DNA from: a bacterium
GTDB lineage: Bacteria > JAMOTN01
Direction of reading: 5' to 3'
DNA length: 42,132 nt
Assembly (NCBI GenBank): GCA_027062325.1
Contig: JAMOTN010000032.1
Span: 1-42,132 of the forward strand
The translations under genes and the position numbers were made by a program. Positions 37,076 to 42,132 of this stretch are shown in pieces. The notes under the pieces were generated by a model. The model was given only the letters and a program-made list of their open reading frames with translations. It did no database searches and was not told the origin of the DNA. Position 1 is the stretch's first letter. The number at the start of each line of letters is the position of its first letter.

Positions 37076-37558
37076 ATGCCAAGAAAAAAAAGAGCATACA
37101 AGAGAATTCCAGTGGAACCAGATCCCAAGTATGGAAGGGAGTTAATTGGAAAGTTTATAAATCACCTCATGAAAAAGGGTAAAAAGACACTTGCTCAGAA
37201 GGTCTTTTACAGGGCACTTGATGCTATAAAGGAAAAGATGCCTGATAAAGATCCATTGGAAGTTTTTTACACAGCGCTTTCAAATTGCATGCCTGAACTT
37301 GAAACTCGTCCGCGTCGTGTGGGTGGAGCTACTTATCAGATTCCTATGGAAGTTCCTGAGGATCGTAAGAAGACATTGGCTATGCGTTGGATACTTGAGG
37401 CCGCTCGTGCTAGGAAGGGGAGACCAATGTTTAGGCGTTTGGCAGAAGAGCTTATTGATGCATACAACAATCAAGGAGCAGCAATAAAGAAAAAAGAAGA
37501 TACCCATAGAATGGCGGAGGCAAACAGAGCTTTTGCTCATTTTAGATGGGGTAGATAA
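37076..37558 (+). CDS. rpsG: 30S ribosomal protein S7
   Basis: [26 protein letters not shown]. Confidence 0.99.
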   Translation: MPRKKRAYKRIPVEPDPKYGRELIGKFINHLMKKGKKTLAQKVFYRALDAIKEKMPDKDPLEVFYTALSNCMPELETRPRRVGGATYQIPMEVPEDRKKTLAMRWILEAARARKGRPMFRRLAEELIDAYNNQGAAIKKKEDTHRMAEANRAFAHFRWGR

Positions 37559-37604
37559 AAGGAGGTATTGCCTACTTGTTGAGAAAAAAAGGGGGGAAAA
37601 GTAG

Positions 37605-39689
37605 ATGAGGAGATTTCCTTTGGAGAAAGTTAGAAATATAGGACTTGCAGCTCACATAGATGCAGGTAAGACAACAACGACTGAGCGTATTCTTTACTAT
37701 ACAGGGCGTACTCATAGGATAGGAAATGTTGACGATGGAAATACGATAACCGACTTCATGGAGCAGGAAAGGGAAAGAGGAATTACCATTCAATCTGCAG
37801 CTGTTAGTTGTGATTGGAAAAATCATCGTATAAATATAATCGATACTCCGGGACACGTTGACTTTACTGCTGAGGTTGAACGTGCTCTTCGTGTTTTGGA
37901 TGGTGCTGTTATCATCTTCTGTGCGGTTGGTGGAGTTGAGCCTCAGTCTGAAACAGTTTGGCGTCAGGCTGAAAAGTATAATGTTCCACGTATAGCCTAT
38001 GTTAATAAAATGGATAGAATTGGAGCTAATTTCTACAACGTTTTGGATGAAATGAAGAAGAAACTTGGAGCTAATCCAGTTGCTATTGAGCTTCCAATAG
38101 GTGCAGAGGATTCTTTTATAGGGGTGATCCATCTGCTGGATCAGAAGGCTTATTATTACGATGTGGATCCCGATGGAAGGCAATTTAGAGAAGCGGCAAT
38201 AGATGAGCTTGATGATGAGTTGAAGAGTCTCTATGAGGAATGGCGTGAGAAGATGATTGAGCAAATAGTTGAGACTGATGAGGAGCTCATGGATAAGTAT
38301 CTTGGAGGAGAAGAGATAACGACTGAGGAACTTAGAAGGGCTTTGCGTGCAGCAACTATAAAGAGAGAGCTTGTACCGGTTCTTTGTGGAAGTTCTTTCA
38401 AGAATAAGGGTGTGCAAATGTTATTGGATGCTATTATAGAATTCTTGCCATCTCCTCTTGATATTCCTCCGGTTAAAGGTTGGAATCCTGATACGAATGA
38501 GGAGCTTATTCGCGAAACTGATCCAGAAGCTCCATTAGCAGCGCTTGCTTTCAAAATAATGGTTGATCCTTATGTTGGTAAGTTGACTTTCGTGCGTGTT
38601 TATTCTGGAGTTATAAAGTCGGGAAGTTATGTTTACAATGCTAATAAGAGACGTAAAGAGAGAGTGAGTCGTATTCTACGTATGTTTGCAGATAGGCGTG
38701 AGCAGCTTGAGGAAGTATCGGCTGGTGATGTTGTGGCGTTGGTTGGTTTGAAAGATACTAAAACGGGTGAGACTTTAAGTGATGAAAATCAACCTGTTGT
38801 TCTTGAATCTATGGACTTTCCAGAGCCTGTTATATCTATGGCAATTGAGCCAAAGAGCAAGAGTGATGAGGAGAAGATGAGTCAGGTTCTTCAAAAGTTG
38901 ATGGAAGAGGATCCGACCTTTAAGGTAAAGGTGGATCACGAAACAGGGCAGACGATTATTGCTGGAATGGGTGAGCTTCACCTTGAGATTATGGTTGATC
39001 GTATGAAAAGAGAGTTTGGACTTGAGGTAAATGTGGGTAAGCCTCAAGTTGCATATAGAGAGACCATTACCAAGCCTGTCAAGGTTGAAGGACGTTACAT
39101 CAGGCAATCTGGAGGTCGTGGTCAATACGGTCACGTTTGGATTGAGATGGAGCCGCTTGAGGATAAACATTTTGAGTTTGTAGATAAAATTGTTGGTGGG
39201 GTTATTCCTAAGGAGTATATTCCTTCTGTTGAGGCTGGAATTAGAGAGGCAATGGAAAATGGTGCTATATTTGGTTATCCTGCGACGGGTATAAAGGTCA
39301 CTTTGTTTGATGGTTCTTATCACGAGGTTGACTCTTCTGATATGGCGTTTAGAATTGCGGCTTCTATTGCCTTTAAAGAGGGTATGAAAAAAGGAGGTCC
39401 TGTGTTGCTTGAACCAATAATGAAAATCGAGATAGTTGTTCCTGAGGAATTTTTGGGAGACGTTATGGGTGATTTTAACTCCCGCCGTGGAAAGGTGGAA
39501 GGATTGGAAAAGAGAGCGGGAGCTCAAGTTATAAAGGGATATGTCCCGCTTGCGGAAATGTTTGGATATGCTACAAACTTGCGTTCTCTCACTCAGGGAC
39601 GCGGTACCTATACAATGGAATTCTCTCACTATGATGTGGTACCGCCTAATGTTATGGAAAAGTTGGGGATCAAGCCAAAAGGTGAATAA
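37605..39689 (+). CDS. fusA: Elongation factor G
   Basis: [45 protein letters not shown]. Confidence 0.99.
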   Translation: MRRFPLEKVRNIGLAAHIDAGKTTTTERILYYTGRTHRIGNVDDGNTITDFMEQERERGITIQSAAVSCDWKNHRINIIDTPGHVDFTAEVERALRVLDGAVIIFCAVGGVEPQSETVWRQAEKYNVPRIAYVNKMDRIGANFYNVLDEMKKKLGANPVAIELPIGAEDSFIGVIHLLDQKAYYYDVDPDGRQFREAAIDELDDELKSLYEEWREKMIEQIVETDEELMDKYLGGEEITTEELRRALRAATIKRELVPVLCGSSFKNKGVQMLLDAIIEFLPSPLDIPPVKGWNPDTNEELIRETDPEAPLAALAFKIMVDPYVGKLTFVRVYSGVIKSGSYVYNANKRRKERVSRILRMFADRREQLEEVSAGDVVALVGLKDTKTGETLSDENQPVVLESMDFPEPVISMAIEPKSKSDEEKMSQVLQKLMEEDPTFKVKVDHETGQTIIAGMGELHLEIMVDRMKREFGLEVNVGKPQVAYRETITKPVKVEGRYIRQSGGRGQYGHVWIEMEPLEDKHFEFVDKIVGGVIPKEYIPSVEAGIREAMENGAIFGYPATGIKVTLFDGSYHEVDSSDMAFRIAASIAFKEGMKKGGPVLLEPIMKIEIVVPEEFLGDVMGDFNSRRGKVEGLEKRAGAQVIKGYVPLAEMFGYATNLRSLTQGRGTYTMEFSHYDVVPPNVMEKLGIKPKGE

Positions 39690-39741
39690 TGGAGAATGAG
39701 TCACACTCAACATAAATGGAATGTTTAAGGAGGGGATTGAG

Positions 39742-40062
39742 GTGAAAATGAAAATAATCTTGAGAGCTTACGATCACAGAGTGCTCGATCAGTCCGCTAA
39801 GAGAATAGTTGAGATAGTGCATAACCTTAATAAGGATGGAAAAGCCAATCAGAAGTTGAAGGGGCCAGTTCCCCTCCCAACGAAAATAAGCAGGTGGACT
39901 GTGTTGAGATCTCCTCATGTTAACAAAGATTCTAGAGAACAATTTGAGATAAGAGAGCATAGAAGATTAATATACATTTTAGAACCAACCAAGGATTTTA
40001 TAGAAGAGATTAAAAAGTTGAGATTACCGGCTGGAGTGGCCATTGAGATTAAGATGGCGTAG
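39742..40062 (+). CDS. rpsJ: 30S ribosomal protein S10
   Basis: LRAYDHRVLDQS, GPVPLPT, RSPHVNKDSREQFE. Start is GTG 39742 or ATG 39748. Confidence 0.98.
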   Translation: MKMKIILRAYDHRVLDQSAKRIVEIVHNLNKDGKANQKLKGPVPLPTKISRWTVLRSPHVNKDSREQFEIREHRRLIYILEPTKDFIEEIKKLRLPAGVAIEIKMA

Positions 40063-40133
40063 AGTAAAGACCTATATTTGAAGGAGTGCTGATGGTAGCA
40101 AAGTCGGCAAAGTGTATTAGGGGGTGTTAAGAT

Positions 40134-40850
40134 ATGATAGGTTTGCTCGGGAAAAAGTTGGGAATGACAAGGGTGTTCGATGAGAAGGGAAATAGCATAC
40201 CTGTTACTGTTATACAAGTTGGTCCTTGTTGGGTTGTTCAAAAGAGAACACCTGATAAAGATGGATATGCGGCCCTTCAGCTTGGTTTTGAAGAAGTGAA
40301 GGAACGCTACAAGAAGGTGCGAAAAGATGGGAAGGTGGTTAGAAAACGCATACTTCCGAACAAGCCTATGGCAGGGCACTTTGAGAAAGCAGGTGTTCCT
40401 TATTTGAGGTACTTAAGAGAATTCAGATTGACCCCAGAAGAGGTTGAGAAGGTGGAAGTTGGACAGAAGTTGACAGTGGCAGAGGTTTTTTCTGATGTTA
40501 AGTATGTTGATGTAACCGGAACTACAAAGGGTAGAGGTTATCAGGGTGTAGTTAAAAGACACAGCTTTGCAGGAGGGCCAATGTCTCATGGTACGAAGTT
40601 TGAATACAGGCCGGGAGGAGTTGGAGCTTCTACCGATCCCGGGCGTTGGTTTAAAAATATGAAATTACCGGGTCATCATGGAAATGTTAGAAGAACTGTT
40701 CAGAATTTGGAGATAGTCAAAATAATTCCAGAACACAACCTATTGTTGGTTAGGGGAGGAGTTCCCGGTAGTATTGGTAGTTTGGTAATGGTAAAGTGGG
40801 CAGTTAAGAAGTATCAGGACAAAAAGTTTGAGCCAAAAGCAGCTGAATAA
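40134..40850 (+). CDS. rplC: 50S ribosomal protein L3
   Basis: GKKLGMT, PVTVI, DGYAALQLG, VDVTGTTKGRGYQG. Confidence 0.99.
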   Translation: MIGLLGKKLGMTRVFDEKGNSIPVTVIQVGPCWVVQKRTPDKDGYAALQLGFEEVKERYKKVRKDGKVVRKRILPNKPMAGHFEKAGVPYLRYLREFRLTPEEVEKVEVGQKLTVAEVFSDVKYVDVTGTTKGRGYQGVVKRHSFAGGPMSHGTKFEYRPGGVGASTDPGRWFKNMKLPGHHGNVRRTVQNLEIVKIIPEHNLLLVRGGVPGSIGSLVMVKWAVKKYQDKKFEPKAAE

Positions 40851-40889
40851 GGTAGTGATAACAAGGTTTAGTCGTAAGGGGGGATTAAA

Positions 40890-41585
40890 ATGGCTGTAGA
40901 GATAGCTGTGTACGGCCTTGATGGACAAGAAAAAAAGAAGATAGAGTTGAATGAAAAAGTGTTCGGTTTCGATTATAAGCCAGCGCTTATTGCAGAAGTG
41001 GCTTTGTTGTTGCGTGAAAATCAGCGTTTGGGGACACGGAAAACTAAGACGCGTTCTGAGGTGCGTGGTGGCGGAAGGAAGCCTTGGCGGCAGAAAGGGA
41101 CGGGTCGTGCTCGTCAGGGATCTATAAGAGCGCCTCACTGGGTCGGTGGGGCTGTGGCTCATGGTCCCAAGGTTCAGGAATTTTACAACAATATTCCACG
41201 TCGTAAAAGGAATGGAGCTATTAGGAGCTTGCTTTCTTTTAGACTTGGAAATGGTGAAGTAAAGGTAATTGAAAAGGTTGAGTTTGAGAAGCCCTCTGTA
41301 AAAGAGATGAAGCAGGCTCTTGAGAAACTTCAGTTAGCTGGAGAGAAGATAGTAGTTTTCTATTCTGGAGAAGACAAAAACTTGAAAGAATCTTTGAAGA
41401 ATTTTGGCAACGTTAGGTTGGTAAGAGCAGAAAATATAAATGCTTATATAGCGATGTTGGGAAAAGTGTTGCTCTTTACAGAACCTGCAATAAAGCAGAT
41501 AGAAGATGCGTTATTAAGAGGTAGTGAGTTAAAAAGAGGGAAAAGACAGGTTCAGTTACTTAAGTTGAGGAGGAAGAGTGCTTAG
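40890..41585 (+). CDS. rplD: 50S ribosomal protein L4
   Basis: KTRSEVRGGGRKPWRQKGTGRARQGSIRAP. Confidence 0.99.
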   Translation: MAVEIAVYGLDGQEKKKIELNEKVFGFDYKPALIAEVALLLRENQRLGTRKTKTRSEVRGGGRKPWRQKGTGRARQGSIRAPHWVGGAVAHGPKVQEFYNNIPRRKRNGAIRSLLSFRLGNGEVKVIEKVEFEKPSVKEMKQALEKLQLAGEKIVVFYSGEDKNLKESLKNFGNVRLVRAENINAYIAMLGKVLLFTEPAIKQIEDALLRGSELKRGKRQVQLLKLRRKSA

Positions 41586-41618
41586 TAAGAAACAAAGAGG
41601 TCTTGGGAGGGATAGGCT

Positions 41619-41924
41619 ATGAGTTGGAATCCATACGACATAATAATAAGGCCCATAGTTACTGAGAAAGCTTTAACTCAGTTGAATGAAGGGAAAGGAA
41701 AAAAGTATGTTTTTGAAGTTAGGCTTGATGCCAAGAAACCTGAGATAAAGAGGGCTGTTGAGGAAATATTCGGGGTCAGGGTAGATAAGGTGAATACTAT
41801 AAATATGAAGTCAAAACCAAAAAGATTGGGAAGGTTTATGGGAAGAACAAAGCGTTGGAAAAAGGCTATAGTGACTTTAAAACCGGGTGAGGTAATAGAA
41901 AAGTTGGAAGTATTGAAGGGATAA
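41619..41924 (+). CDS. rplW: 50S ribosomal protein L23
   Basis: RPIVTEKA, KPEIKRAVEEIFGV.V.KVNT, WKKAIVTL. Confidence 0.99.
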   Translation: MSWNPYDIIIRPIVTEKALTQLNEGKGKKYVFEVRLDAKKPEIKRAVEEIFGVRVDKVNTINMKSKPKRLGRFMGRTKRWKKAIVTLKPGEVIEKLEVLKG

Positions 41925-41989
41925 TTTGATAAAATAGACTGCAATGAGTTTTAGAGGTCAAACAAGAAAGATAAGAGGGGTGAAAGAAT

Positions 41990-42132
41990 ATGGGGTTAAA
42001 AAGATTTAAGCCGGTAACACCTGGAAGAAGGCATATGGTCATACCAACCTATGAAGAGGTTACTAAGACTGAACCGGAGAAGAAATTAACAGAGCCTATC
42101 GTCAGAAGGGGTGGCCGCAATAATTTTGGTCA
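41990..42132 (+). CDS. rplB: 50S ribosomal protein L2, N-terminal part (3'-truncated by window edge)
   Basis: Manual translation MGLKRFKPVTPGRRHM...PEKKL...GGRNNFG, directly after rplW. Not in the ORF track. Confidence 0.97.
   Translation, partial: MGLKRFKPVTPGRRHMVIPTYEEVTKTEPEKKLTEPIVRRGGRNNFG

Noticed and set aside
37572-39713. Long antisense ORFs (281 and 312 aa) opposite fusA
   Set aside because: They lie almost entirely opposite a conserved gene and have no motifs. Best explained as shadow ORFs from codon bias.

Overview
42-kb bacterial chromosomal window, densely coding. The + strand is strongly G/T-rich whichever strand is coding. Core genes: trpS-scpA-scpB, an RNase HII/HIII-family gene, der, moeA, guaD, and the start of the ribosomal superoperon (rpsL-rpsG-fusA-rpsJ-rplC-rplD-rplW-rplB', with no tuf). 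Metabolic genes: an M20 peptidase, a Nudix hydrolase, a glycogen-debranching enzyme and a five-gene proline-dehydrogenase/sarcosine-oxidase-like flavo-Fe-S cluster. Three poorly explained blocks stand out. (1) 3.8-9.5 kb: two prepilin-like genes, TPR proteins, an orphan ABC ATPase and a degenerate Cas4/AddB-like 4-Cys protein. (2) 12.6-16.7 kb: three exported orphan proteins. (3) 27.4-35.1 kb, minus strand: a TPR/beta-barrel outer-membrane protein, a FecR-domain protein, a CHASE2 adenylate cyclase split by a -1 frameshift, and a 986-aa internally duplicated lipoprotein. No tRNA, rRNA, CRISPR array or mobile element was recognised. All calls come from reading motifs by eye; no database searches were run.
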